Of a DNA stretch of 64,000 nucleotides, positions 42,413 through 55,019 are shown in pieces (the stretch's first letter is position 1; each line of letters opens with the position of its first letter). The notes under the pieces are model-generated. The model ran no database searches. It worked only from the letters and a program-made list of their open reading frames with translations, and had not been told where the DNA came from. The DNA is taken from NCBI RefSeq assembly GCF_009914755.1, contig NC_060933.1; one strand, given 5' to 3'. Source of the DNA: the human T2T-CHM13v2.0 reference genome, Homo sapiens. The position numbers and the translations under genes are program-made.

Positions 42413-43372
42413 TTACAATTTGGTATGTTTTTTGCAGTGGCTGGTACCAATTTTTCCTTTCCATATTTAGTGCTTCCTTCAGGAGCTCTTGTAAGGCAGG
42501 CCTAGTGGTGACAAAATCTCTCAGCATTTGCTTGTCTGTAAATAATTTTATTTCTCCTTTGCCTATGAAGCTTAGTTTGGCTGGATATGAAATTCTGGGT
42601 TGAAAATTATTTTCTTTAAGAATGTTGAATATTGGCCCCCACTCTCTTCTGGCTTGTAGGGTTTCTGCAGAGATATCTGCTGTTAGTCTGATTGGCTTCC
42701 CTTTGTGGGTAATCTGACCTTTCTCTCTGGCAGCCCTTCACATTTTTTCTTTCTGGTGTTCTCTGTATTTCCTGAATTTGAATGTTGGCCTGTCTTGCTA
42801 GGTTGGGGAAGTTCTCCTGGATAATATCCTGAAGAGTGTTTTCCAACTTGATTCCATTCTCCCCATCACTTTTAGGTCCATCAATCAAATGTAGGTTTGG
42901 TCTTTTCACATAGTCCCATATTTCTTGGAAGCTTTGTTAGTTCCTTTTCATTCCTTTTTCTTTAACCTTGTCTTCATGCTTTATTTGATTAAGTTGATCT
43001 TCAATCTCTGATATCTTTTCTTCTGCTTGATCGATTCAGCTATTGATATGTGTGTACGCTTCACAAAGTTCTCGTGTTGTGTTTTTCAGCTCTATCATGT
43101 CATTTATGATCTTCTCTAAACTGGGTTTTCTAGTTAGCAATTTGTCTAACTGTTTTCAAAGTTCTTGGCTTCCTTGTATTGGGTTAGAACATGCTCCTTT
43201 AGCTCGGAAGAGTTTGTTATTACCCACCTTCTGAAGCCTATTTCTGTCAATTTGTCAAACTAATTCTCCATCCAGTTTTGTTCCCTTGCTGGCGACGAGT
43301 TGTGATCCTTTGGAGGAGGAGAGGTGTTCTGGTTTTGGAATTTTCAGCCTTTTTGTGCTGGTTTTTCCTCAT
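42413..43372 (-). pseudogene. L1 ORF1, disrupted
   Basis: Starts MRKNQHKKAENSK; KLENTLQDIIQENFPNLARQANIQIQEIQRTP; internal deletion near 42750. Confidence 0.85.
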
Positions 43373-44071
43373 CTTTGTGGATTTGTCTACCTTTGGTCTT
43401 TGATGTTAGTGACCTGCAGATGGGGTTTTTGTGTGGACATCCTTTTTATTGATGTTGATGCTATTCCTTTCTGTTTGTTAGTTTTCCTTCTAATATTCAG
43501 TCCCCTCTGCCGCAGGTCTGCTGGAGTTTGCTGGAGGTTCACTCCAGACCCTGTGTGCCTGGGGGAGGCTGCAGAACAGCAAAGATTGCTGCCTGTTCCT
43601 TCCTCTGGAAGCTTCTTTCCAGAGGGGCACCTGCCAGATGCCAGCTGGAGCTCTCCTGTATGAAGTGTCTGTCGACCCCTGCTGGGAGGTGTCTCCCATT
43701 CAGCAGGCACGAGGGTCAGGGACCCACTTGAGGAGTCAGTCTGTCCCTTAGCAGAGCTCAAACGCTGTGCTAGGAGATACACTGCTCTCTTCAGAGCCTA
43801 CAGGCAGGAACGTTTAAGTCTGCTGAAGCTGTGCCCATAGCTGCCCCTTCCCCCAGGTCTTCTGTCCCAGGGAGATGGGAATTTTATCTATAAGCCCCTG
43901 ACTGGGGCTGCTGCCTTTCTTTCAGAGATGGCCTGCCCAGAGAGAAGGAATCTAGAGAGGCAGTGTGGCTACGGCAGCTTTGCGGTGCTGTGGTGGGCTC
44001 TGCCCAGTTCGAACTTCCTGGTAGCTTTATTTACACCGTGAGGGGGAAAACTGCCTACTCAAGCCTCAGTA

Positions 44072-44311
44072 ATGGCAGATGCTCCTTCTCCCACCAAGCT
44101 CGAGTGTCCCAGGCCAACTTCAGACTGCTGTGCTGGCAGTGAGAATTTCAAGCCAGTGGATCTTAGCTTGCTGGGCTTTGTGGGGGTGAGATCTGCTAAA
44201 TTAGACCACTTGGCTCTCTGGCTTCAGCCCCCTTTCCAGGGGAGCAAACACTTCTCTCTCACTGGTGTTCCAGGTGCCACTGGGGGTATGAAAAAAAACT
44301 CCTGCAACTAG
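44072..44311 (+). CDS. L1 ORF0 homologue (antisense ORF in the 5'UTR), 79 aa
   Basis: MADAPSPTKLECPRPTSDCCAGSEN aligns with the L1HS ORF0 N-terminus MAGAPPPASLPPCSLISDCCASNQ; Kozak gtaATGg; expression unknown. Confidence 0.5.
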   Translation: MADAPSPTKLECPRPTSDCCAGSENFKPVDLSLLGFVGVRSAKLDHLALWLQPPFQGSKHFSLTGVPGATGGMKKNSCN

Positions 44312-44703
44312 CTCAGTTTCTGCCCAAATAGCCGCCCAGTTTTGTGCTTGAAACCCAGAGCCCAGGTAGTGTAGGCACCCGAGGGAATCTCCTGGTCTGC
44401 GCGTTGCAAAGACTGTGGGAAAAGCATAGTATCTGGGCCAGAATGTACCATTCATCACGGCACAGTCTTTCACAGCTTCCCTTAGTGAGGGGAGGGAGTT
44501 CCCCAAACCCTTTCGCTTCCTGGGTAAGGCGATGCCCTACCCTGCTTCTGCTCGCCCTCTGTGGGCTGCCCCCACTGTCTAACCAGTCCCAGTGAGATGA
44601 GCCAGGTACCTCAGTTGGAAATGCAGAAATTACTTGCCTTCTGCGTTGATCTTGCTAGGAACTGCAGACCAGAGCTGTTCTTATTCAGCCGTCTTGCCCA
44701 GGT

Positions 44704-44769
44704 CCTGGGCATTTTTTTTTTCTAGCTTCCCAAATGACTCCAATGTGTAGCCAAGGGTAAGAATCACTG
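44704..44769. mobile_element. MER5A1-like MITE, right part
   Basis: agcttcccaaatgactccaatgtgtagccaagggtaagaatcactg matches the MER5A1 3' end. Confidence 0.7.
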
Positions 44770-46069
44770 CCTTGGAGACAGCTGGGAATAGAAATAAGAA
44801 CATAGATTTTAAAGTCAAGCAGCCCTTTGTTCAAATTCATGGTCTGTGTTTCAAGCCATTTGAATTATTGGGGCTTTAGTTTCATGTTCAGAAAATGGAA
44901 GATTAAAGGGCTTACTCAGGGTGTTTTGTCAAAGCGACATTTTGGAAGAACCCAACGGAAGGATGAGCATGTAGCAACTGCCCAGTCAAGACAAGTTCTC
45001 TTTCCTCTACTTTGAGTGCTTTCTTGACTGTTTTCTTAGTGTACTCTGCTTTGACCAAATATTATGAAAGATTGGCATAATTATTACCATGAAATATCTC
45101 TCCATAGATGCATGAACACACAAAATGGGTTATAATCCAGCATTTTGCTTCTCCTAGAAAATGGCTGCATAGATTAAAGAAATAAGCTTGTTTGACATTT
45201 TTTTTTTTTGGAAGGGAGTGATTCATGTTAAGCCCAGGGGACTTAACTGGTCTATTTTTATTAATGATTTGAGGAAGGGAATAATCTGACTACATGAAAA
45301 CATTAATAGGAGAATAAGAAGCAAATAGCACAAGTGATTTTTAAAAATAAGGGTGAAGACAGTATTTGCTTTTTAAAATAAGGCAAGCAGCAAAATGATC
45401 AGGAAGGACATATTTGAAGCAATGATGGATTGCTATGACTATAACTCTGTACTTTTTTATTTGAACCATTATATTAGCACACATTTACATAAAGAAAATT
45501 ATTAGGTAAAAAGTACAGTTTAAAGATTTTTGTATAAATGCCGTCTTGCTTTCTAAAAACTAATCCTTTGCTCTACAGAGTAAAAAATTACATCTACGAG
45601 CAAGCAAACAACAATAAAACACAAAGTCAGAAAAGGCAAAAAGAGAACTAACACTCATCAAGTTACTTGCTCCAGGTTTCATGTTAGGAATTACATACAT
45701 TTAAATTACTTAATCCTATGACAAATTTAATACCATTCTCACTTCACAAAATCTCAGAAAAGCTAAATAACTTGCCATGAGGCATACCTTTAACATGGCA
45801 TGGCCAGGACGCTTCCCAACTGTGCCACAAATCCAGGCATTCCATTCCCATTCCAGGATTCGTTCTGCTATAATGCTCTGGTTCTTTCATTTCTGAAGAG
45901 GAAAAAGAGTGTGGGGTCACAAAAATATCTTCAAAGTTTCTATATATCTTATTTTTTCATTTTTATTTTTAAAATGGATTACCTATTGAAATGATAAAAT
46001 TTTGGAGACATAAAACTTTCAACTTTGGTTACGAAGTACACTAATAAAATTTTCAGCAATTTCTTTTTG

Positions 46070-46272
46070 TTTTTTATTTTTAAATTTTTATTTTTTAAAT
46101 TTTATTTTCTATTTTAGATTTAGGGGGTTTGTTACATGAGTATATTGTGTGATGCTGACATTTGGGTTTCTAATGATCGCCCAAGTAGCGAACACAGTAC
46201 CCAATAGGTAGTTTTTCAGCCCTTGCTCCTCTCCTTCCCTCTCTCCCTCCCCACTTTTGGAATTCTCACTGG
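46070..46272 (-). mobile_element. L1PA15/16-like 3' end fragment
   Basis: tttgttacatgagtatattgtgtgatgctga...cccaataggtagtttttcagcccttgc. Confidence 0.7.
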
Positions 46273-47699
46273 GGATTCTATACATTTTATAAACTGAATT
46301 TTAAATCCTGCTTATTTTCCTGTATGGATATCCCAAAAATTCTGGTTCTAAGCAGTTATGAGAGGAAAGAAATCTGTCATTACTTGCAGGACACAGGCAC
46401 GCACACTTTCACAATGATGCCCCAAGACAGTAAACTCCTGTCGCATCTCCTCAGCTGTCATTAGTGAATCCCAGAGGCCTCCATTCTGCTTTCAAATGAT
46501 CTGCCAGCCCAGCAGCAATGGCCATAATGAGACTCAGCCGCAGCGTAAGAGATGCTGGCTTCTCACAGGACCGTGGGACCAGGCCCACCTGTGCCTCTCC
46601 CTCAGCCACAAGCATTAAGCCCAGACAAATTCCTCACAACAAAACTGAAGACAAAACGCAAATGAAAATATCAGGAGGTCAGAACTGGTCACAGAAAGCA
46701 TGGAAGAACCCAGTTAAAAGTTGCTGTTTCCCAGCTTCCCTTATGACAGGTACTTTTGTGCATAACCCCGCTTCATTTCCCTGAGGCGAGGTGATGAGAC
46801 ATAGACCAACAGCATGGAAGACGCAGCTCTAAGAAAGGAGCTGTTAGAGAACTCACAGCAGCTAGCAGGTGTGAAGCAATGCAGGAGGAATTAAAGATAC
46901 TCTAAGAGAAAACAACCTTCTGTCATGTAAACTAAGAGGGAATGGGGAATTGGTGACTTAAATTTTATGATATTTTATTCACAATAGAGCTGAATGGCAT
47001 TACCCTCATACGCATGCTGGGAATTCCGGGTGGGGTGATTTGTAAGTCATTTGTCTAGGATCTGACTGTCCATCTGGAAAGCCAGAAATTTAGCTTTGTC
47101 CACCTCTTCAGAGCTACTCATGTTCTCCAAAACTTTCATGCTAGCTGACTTATAAGATCCTACAACACATACTAAAATGCTCAGGTTTTTGTTTTCAATT
47201 TATAATATTCTTGTTTTTATTTTAATAGGACAGAATTTTCTATTAGTTATTACACTCACATCAGGATACCATCCTAATAGCAGCTAGCTCTTGCTGTGTA
47301 ACAGCCACGCAAAACTCAGAGACTTTTTTTGTACTTTAATGGATGCAAATCAGAGACTTAAAACAAGGTATCATTTGTTTTTTACTCACGTATCTAAGAG
47401 CAGCTGGAAAATGTTGACAATCTGAGCCAGGTTCAGTTAATCTCTCCTGGGCTTTCTCAGGCCTTTATGGTCAGCCAGTGGTTGGACTACAGGCTGGCTG
47501 ATCAAAGAAGGCCCCACATACGTGTCTGGTGTTGCTTGGCCATCATCCAGAGTAACAGGAGTCAACAGGCCTCATTTCTCATCACTGAACAGGTTGGCCT
47601 GAGTATGACCCCATGGTGGTTGTGCAGGGTTCAGAGAGAGAGAGAGTTAAGCATTCAAGGCCTCTTGACGCCTAGGCTTAGAACTGACACACTATTCTT

Positions 47700-48322
47700 A
47701 GTTACTCCATCTTGAATAGGGGCTAGGTAAAGTGAGTAACTCCATCTTGAATAGGGGCCAGGTAAAGTGAGGATGAGACCTGCTGGGCTTCATTCCCAGG
47801 AGGTTAGGCATTCTTAGTCAAAGGATGCTATAGAAGGTTGGCAGGACGGGTACCACAAGATGCAGGTCATAAAGACCCCGCTGATAAAACAGGATGTGGT
47901 AAGGATTCCAGCAAAAACCCACCAAAACCAAGATGGGGATGAAAGTGACCTCTGGTCATCCTCACTGCTCATTATACATTAATTATAATATATTAGCATG
48001 ATAAAAGACACTCCCATTAACGCCATGACAGTTTACAAATGTCATGACAATGTCTGAGCTACTGTATATAGTCTAAAAGGGGGAAGAACCCTCCGTTCCA
48101 GGAATTGCCTGCCCCTTTCTTGGAAAACTCATGAATAATCCACTCCTTGTTTAGCATATAATCAAGAAATAACCATAAATTTACTCAGTCAAGCAGCCCA
48201 TGCCACTGCTCTGCCTACAGAGTAGCCATTCTTTTCTTTCTTAATAAACTTGCTTTCATTTTATGGACTCACCTCAAATTCTTTCTCGCACGAGTCTGGA
48301 TTGGGAACTCTTTCTGGTAACA
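47700..48322 (+). mobile_element. MER41B solo LTR
   Basis: actccatcttgaataggggct...aaaacccaccaaaaccaagatgg...aataaacttgctttc...tggtaaca. Confidence 0.9.
48096..48125. promoter_or_regulatory. Tandem GAS (STAT) motifs in MER41B
   Basis: TTCCAGGAA at 48096-48104 and TTCTTGGAA at 48117-48125. Confidence 0.7.
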
Positions 48323-48667
48323 CCATCACTTCCACCACATTCTATTGGCCAAAACAAATTACAAAGCCAGCCCAGGTTCAAGGGGGTGAAGAAATAGTTT
48401 CCATCCTCTGATGGGATGAGTTGCAAAGTCATATTGCATGTGGGCCTAGATACTGGGAGGGAAATAGTTACAGTTTTTAGGCATCAATCTATGACACTAC
48501 CCATTCTCAGGCTCTTGGAAACTGAATTAATAAGCAGAGGTTGCTTGATGAATACAAAATCAAATATAATTGAATGATGCTCAGGGATTATTTCAACCAA
48601 GCGTCAAAAGAACTTAATGAGCACCCTTGCTCCAAAACTGGAATGTACCAGAATACCAGACTCACAC

Positions 48668-48669
<2 letters not shown>

Positions 48670-48711
<42 letters not shown>

Positions 48712-48735
48712 GAACACACACACGCACACACACAC
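48670..48735. repeat. (CT)n(CA)n compound microsatellite
   Basis: Read directly. Confidence 0.9.
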
Positions 48736-50082
48736 CTTACATGTCCCTTTGGAGATAATCTCTCAGTGTGGATTCCTTCTTCAGATGTCTGCCACTAAAC
48801 TCTTCTACTATGCATTGCTTTTTGCTGGTTTTACTCTTAGGGTGACACCTGTTTTCACATAGTAGATTTACTTTCTGTGATCTGTATATCAATGACAATG
48901 TTTGTTTTTTAGTCAGTTATGGCTACTGAAATTGTTTCAGGAAGAAAGGAGGAAGACATTCTCTCCTTAACTACCACCTACCTCCTCAGGAGTATAAAGG
49001 CAGTGGCACTCCTGGAATCTGGAATAATAATCCCTCTTTTTTCTTTCATTCTTTATGACTATGATCAGGAATTTCTGGCTCAGTCAAATGGAAGAGCCCA
49101 ATCTCTGTGGGCCATAGCTTTATTGCACAATTAGGAATGTTTCCTGAACTAATTTGAAACTGAAACCTGGTAATTTTGTGGAAATTCAAGGAGCCCAAAA
49201 TCTGTTAGAATAAATTAACATTTTGGTTTTCCATATTGCTTTGGAATGAGTCATTCTGTAGAAATTAGTTTTCTAGGTCGCTATTTCATTACACAGTGCC
49301 CTCCTTATAAGATCCCAAGGGAGAAATTTCTCTCTGATCTCAGAATGGGAAATGCACGCTGCTTTCTAGTACTTAGAATGGTTTGGTGGTGACTCTTATT
49401 ACAGATAATGAGGATCATGGACATAAGGGCATTGCCTTCTTTGCATTTCCTGCTGGACAGCTTAGCACCAAACCAGAGACCCATTTATAGCTGACTGACA
49501 GGCCTTTTTGGTGTGAATTTTAGATGTTAACCTTGTGCTAGCTTTGCCTTATCTTTCTTATTTCTATATACAATCTGTTCTGCTTCCTCATTCAAATATT
49601 TTTATATTTATATTTTTCTACTTAAGATACTTATTAAGCAGCCTTAAATATCCTTGGAACCTCAAAGAGAATAAATAAATTAAATATATAAATACTAACT
49701 TCACAATCATCTATTTTGGTGGAACCCTTACTTTTTGAATTCAGATACTAAAGCTGAGTTAATCACCCTTCTCAATGGTTTATTTCATAATCTTTGGTCC
49801 AACAAGATCTCTATCATTTTATTTATTTTCCCTTTATCCCACTCGAACCCCTCTGCTGCCCCAAGGCAATCATTCAAACTATGTCCTTTTGTTAGTAAGT
49901 GTTCTTATAAAGCATATAGTTTTATATAAACATGGACCTTAACTATATGCAAATGTCATTGTTATCTACCTCAACCTGTTTCTTTTTTCATCCAGCTTTC
50001 TGCTGAATAGTGTGAATCGAATGCATTTTGCCTCTCCACTCCCCACATTGCCTCTAGTTCCCCACCACCAAGAATAGCCTGC

Positions 50083-50206
50083 GATGACCAGCCTTAATCA
50101 CAGGGAGAACACTTTTGAGAATGAAAGGGTGATATTAATAATTACACTAGGACAGCAGTTGTACACTATGACTGTCCCAGGCAAGTTAGGATGCGTCATC
50201 ACCCTA
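50083..50206. mobile_element. MER94-like hAT-Blackjack MITE
   Basis: acacttttgagaatgaaaggg...attaataattacac...gactgtcccaggcaa...catcacccta. Confidence 0.7.
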
Positions 50207-50245
50207 TTCCTATAGGGCCCTTGGAAACTCTTGGATAATTTTTTG

Positions 50246-50636
50246 TGATATGGTTTGGCTGTGTCCCCACCCAAATCTCATCTTGAATTGTAGTTTCCAT
50301 AATCCCCATGTGTCATGGGAGGGACCCGGTGGAAGGTAATTGAATCATGAGGGCAGGTTTTCCCATGCTCTCATGATAGTGAATAAGGTTTTTCCATGTT
50401 CTTGTGATAGTGAATAAGTCTCATGAGATTTGATGGTTTCATAAAGGGCAGTTCCCCTGCACATGCTCTCTTGCCTGCCACCATGTAAGACATGCCTTTG
50501 CTCCTCCTTCACCTCCCACCATGATGCTGAGGCCTCCCCAGCCATGTGGAAGTGTGAATCCATTAAATTTCTTTTCTTTATAAATTATCCAGTCTTGGGT
50601 ATGTCTTTATTAGCAGCATGAGAACAGACTAACACA
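50246..50636 (+). mobile_element. THE1 (B/C-like) solo LTR
   Basis: tgatatggtttggctgtgtccccacccaaatctc...agactaacaca; 5-bp TSD ttttg at 50241-50245 and 50637-50641. Confidence 0.92.
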
Positions 50637-50641
50637 TTTTG

Positions 50642-50990
50642 TGGTATACATATGCAGGAATGGATTTGGCTTGCCAGGTCAGAAAGTATACATAGGTCTA
50701 ATCTGCCCTTACCAATAGAGTCCTCTGTAGAATTTCTACACCAGTCTACAATCCCATCAGCGGTGTGTAAGCATTCCCATGGCCCCACATCCCTGTTAAC
50801 ACTTGGCATTATCCAGCTTCCTAATTTTCGCCAGTCTAATACATGTAAAGGAGTATCTCATTGTTTATTTTACATTTTTCTGTCATCTAAGTTTGAACAA
50901 CTCTTTACAGTCTTGCTAGCTTTTTGTATTTTCTCTTCTCTGAAGTTTAACTCTTCATTATCTTTGCCCATTTTCCATTGATTTGTCAGA
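50642..50990 (-). mobile_element. Old L1M fragment
   Basis: tacaatcccatcagcggtgtgtaagcattccc...acacttggcattatccagcttcctaattttcgccagtct. Confidence 0.6.
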
Positions 50991-51126
50991 GATGAAATTT
51001 TTCTACAGTGAGTACATATTTCGTTGTCTTAAATGGTGCATAGCAAGCATAACTATACTTTCTTGAAGAACTAGGTCACATGATGATGATATAAGTAACA
51101 ATGCTGTAATTATAAGATACTATAGA

Positions 51127-51410
<284 letters not shown>

Positions 51411-51802
51411 AAGATACTATAGAGTCTAGAGTTAAATGGGTAGCAACAAATCAACCTCTAGGAACACTTTTCACATTTAGCCATTTTTATCTTTCTCTTA
51501 AGATAAAATGAAAGATGCTCAGCTCTATGATCTACTAGATAGTATAACCTGGCTGTCTTTCCAGAAAATTATTCACTGAGTCAACAACTAAGGAAACCAC
51601 ATTCCAAAGGATTTCTTTAGACTCTAGCAAATTTTTTTAAATTGCAGCTATCAATGTCATCTGTCTTAGCAGCATCTTCCCAAGAAGCACAAAAAATAGA
51701 TTATGGGTACTGCCAGTCAACTTTTTTTGTCTCTTTTATATAACTCACCCTGCTTAAGGATATGAGGGATGATTATTTTGCATCATTTAAAAGTTTGATT
51801 GG

Positions 51803-52113
<311 letters not shown>

Positions 52114-52594
52114 GTGTGATTGGGACTTCAATAGAGGGGTTTTACTTGAAAACCTATACATTTTTTATCCTTCAGGGAAAATAACACCTTTAAAGAGATG
52201 ACAGTGGAACAAAGATGGAAAATAAGTTTATTTCACATAATACCAATCAAACTGACAATGCTTGCCCAGAATATTATGTTGAGAAAAATTCAGAAGCTGA
52301 GTGTAAACTCAGTAGGCAAGAAAGCCAAGATGGATTAATAATGTCTGCCACAGTCCTGTTGTTGGGTGTTAGTATGTATGTCATGTAATTGTTATTTCTA
52401 CCTAAATAGACCCTCACTTTGTCTTTAATGTTTGACTATGAAAAAGAATTCTGGCATACGTATCCTTCAGCATTTCATCTTGAATGTTATGAGATTCAAA
52501 GCTCAGTATATTATTTACAGGATGAAGAAAAATGCTTCATGGTATCACCTCTTAACTTCATTTTCTTTTCTGGGAAATGCTTCATTAACAGTAC

Positions 52595-53220
52595 AAGTCA
52601 ATGACCGTGAAGCACTGAATACTTTCTATGTGCCTGGCACTGATGTGAGCACTTCGTTATCTATTACCTCATTTAAACTACACAGAATACCCATTTTACA
52701 GATAAAGGCACCAAGGCCCAAAGAGGTTAAACACCTTTTTAAGGTGCCAGTAAGTGAGGATTCAAACTCAGAAGTCTGACATTGTAATTATTGCTCTTAA
52801 ATATTACATCATGTTGATGCCTATAAACACCTTATCAAAAATGAATGCTGTTTTTTGAGTAAGCTACTAATGAAAATGGTTCCCAATCCCTAGGCACTTG
52901 GGTACTGAGTGGGTACTCAGGTTCGAAGCTCATGGTACTGATGTGGAAATTAGAAAGACAATATATAGAACTAATTAGAAAAAAATGTTGCTTATCAATC
53001 CATTTGTTTCTGGAACATTCACAATGTTTATTTTATCATTCCCTGTGATGAGGTTTACAAAGATTATTTTATTTAATCATCAGGATCATCCTATGAAGTA
53101 ATTATTCCTATTAAATGAATGAAGAAATGGAGGCAAGAGAAGTAGCTTGCCCCTAGATCACACAGCTGATGAATGATGGAGCCAGGATCCCAAGCTAGGT
53201 GGCCTGACTCTAGAAACCAA
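52595..53220 (-). mobile_element. Two MIR fragments (about 52595-52800 and 53030-53220)
   Basis: ctatgtgcctggcactg...cccattttacagataaaggc; cttgcccctagatcacacagctg. Confidence 0.6.
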
Positions 53221-53223
53221 GTC

Positions 53224-53521
53224 TTTCTCTTTTCTTTTTTTTTTGAGATGGAGTTTCACTGTCATCACCCAGGCTAGAGTGCAATGGCACCATCTCGGCT
53301 CACTGCAACTTCTGCTCCAGGTTCAAGTGATTCTCCTGCCTCAGCCTCCCAAGTAGCTGGAATTACAGGTGTGTGCCACCATGCCCAGCTAATTTTTGTA
53401 TTTTTAGTAGAGACGGAGTTTCACCATGTTGTCCAGGCTGGTCTCGAACTCCTGACCTCAGTCCACCCACCTCAGCCTCCCAAAGTGCTGGGATTACAGG
53501 GGTGAGCCACCACACCCGGCC
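53224..53521 (-). mobile_element. AluS
   Basis: Reverse-strand dimeric Alu; TSD gaa(a/c)ccaagtctt. Confidence 0.9.
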
Positions 53522-55019
53522 TGAACCCAAGTCTTAAAAGTACTCTGTTACTCTCTACTCAAAATTTACAAAGCTTTACTTTAGGTTTACTCCAGTTTAG
53601 ATACAGGTAAATATCTGAAACTCACTTCAATTGCTTACCTCATCGTCCAGTTGGAAGCATCAAAACTTGCTGTGTAACACTTTGAATGCTTATTAAAAAT
53701 CAATCAGTTACATCATTTCTACAAAATAGTTCAGGATAATGACTGTTCATAAATCAGGTACTTCTTTCCCTGCAAAAGTCACTGAATTCTTCAACTTTAT
53801 GACTTCTACTTTTAAAAAAACTTGTTTTCCAACATGATGACCTCCTCTGATAGCACCAAGTCCCCTAGAGGAAAATACACATAGCTCAAACACCTGTGCT
53901 GCTCTTATAACCCTTTCTCTTCTGCAATTAACAGTGGGCCAGAGATAAAGGGGCGAACCTAAGATTTTTCCAATGGGCACAAGTTTGTCATAGATCCCAT
54001 AGGATGGTTGCAGGGATGGTGCTAATTACTTTGCTGCTTGTAGGCATCTTACCAGCAACTCATATAACCCCAAGCATTATGATCTGTTCCTGTGAACCTG
54101 TGGAGAACTAACTGTGATTTTTCCAAAGCCAGAAAAAACAGAAGCAGGAGTTGAACCCAGATCTGTCTGGTATCCAAATCGAGGCTTTTCTCACTGTTTC
54201 AACGGACTCAAGATAGTGTTTGGTCTGTTATGGATATGCCTACGTAACAGTTTCCCACAATTCTTCTATAGGTGTCCTTCGCTATTGGAGCCTCAGAAAA
54301 CCCCTTTTAAAGCCACATCTCTCTCCCGCTTAGCATTGTGAATGCTTCCTGAAAGAGTCTATTCTCTCAGCAGCTGGTGATATTTGATTTGACTAACACC
54401 CTGGGACCTATCACCAGACTTAAAGATGATGCCTAATTAACTGCTTACATTAAAGAGCTGGCACTTTCTGCATTTGGTTCACACTTCCAGCCTCAATCAT
54501 GTTTTCGTTACAGTAATAATATTTACATGATTAGCAAATAGTCAATTCATACTCTGGTGTGGACCTAAGCTGTGTTTGGGACTTCCCAAAGCAGATGTCC
54601 TTGACAGGTGTAAAGATATAGGCTTTTTTCACAGTAAGAGTCATAAGCAAGATCTTCTGCTCATTTGTCAATGAAAAATTATGTTTGGATCAACAAATAT
54701 TAGTTGAGCACTGACCTATTCTAAGTGCCAGTCATTATATTTCCAAGGCCCCCATACACCCTCACTAGTCATGTTAGACATCTCAGTTTTGTTATCCTTT
54801 TTCTTTCTTTCATTATATATTTCTTTTATATACAAATTTATCTATTTAGATGCATAGATTAGGAAAAGTCATTCTACATTAGACATTCAAAGTTTTAAAA
54901 GGCATTTACAAAGGTCTCTCAAGTGATTTTCATGCAAAAACCAGAAATACATAGCCTTAATGATACTACAATTAAGTAAGCTTGGGATGTTAAATGACCC
55001 CCAAGATGTGAAAGGACAT

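Larger units (their letters stand above)
38356..44698 (-). mobile_element. Full-length L1PA7/8-like LINE-1
   Basis: Poly(T) at 38356, 3'UTR, ORF2, ORF1 and a ~1.3 kb 5'UTR ending ...gctgttcttattcagccgtcttgcc. Confidence 0.95.
47272..48496 (-). mobile_element. MLT1-family MaLR LTR (host to MER41B)
   Basis: ttgctgtgtaacagccacgcaaaactcag...cctaggcttagaactgacac | catcacttccaccacattctattggccaaa...ttgcaaagtcatattgca. Confidence 0.75.
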
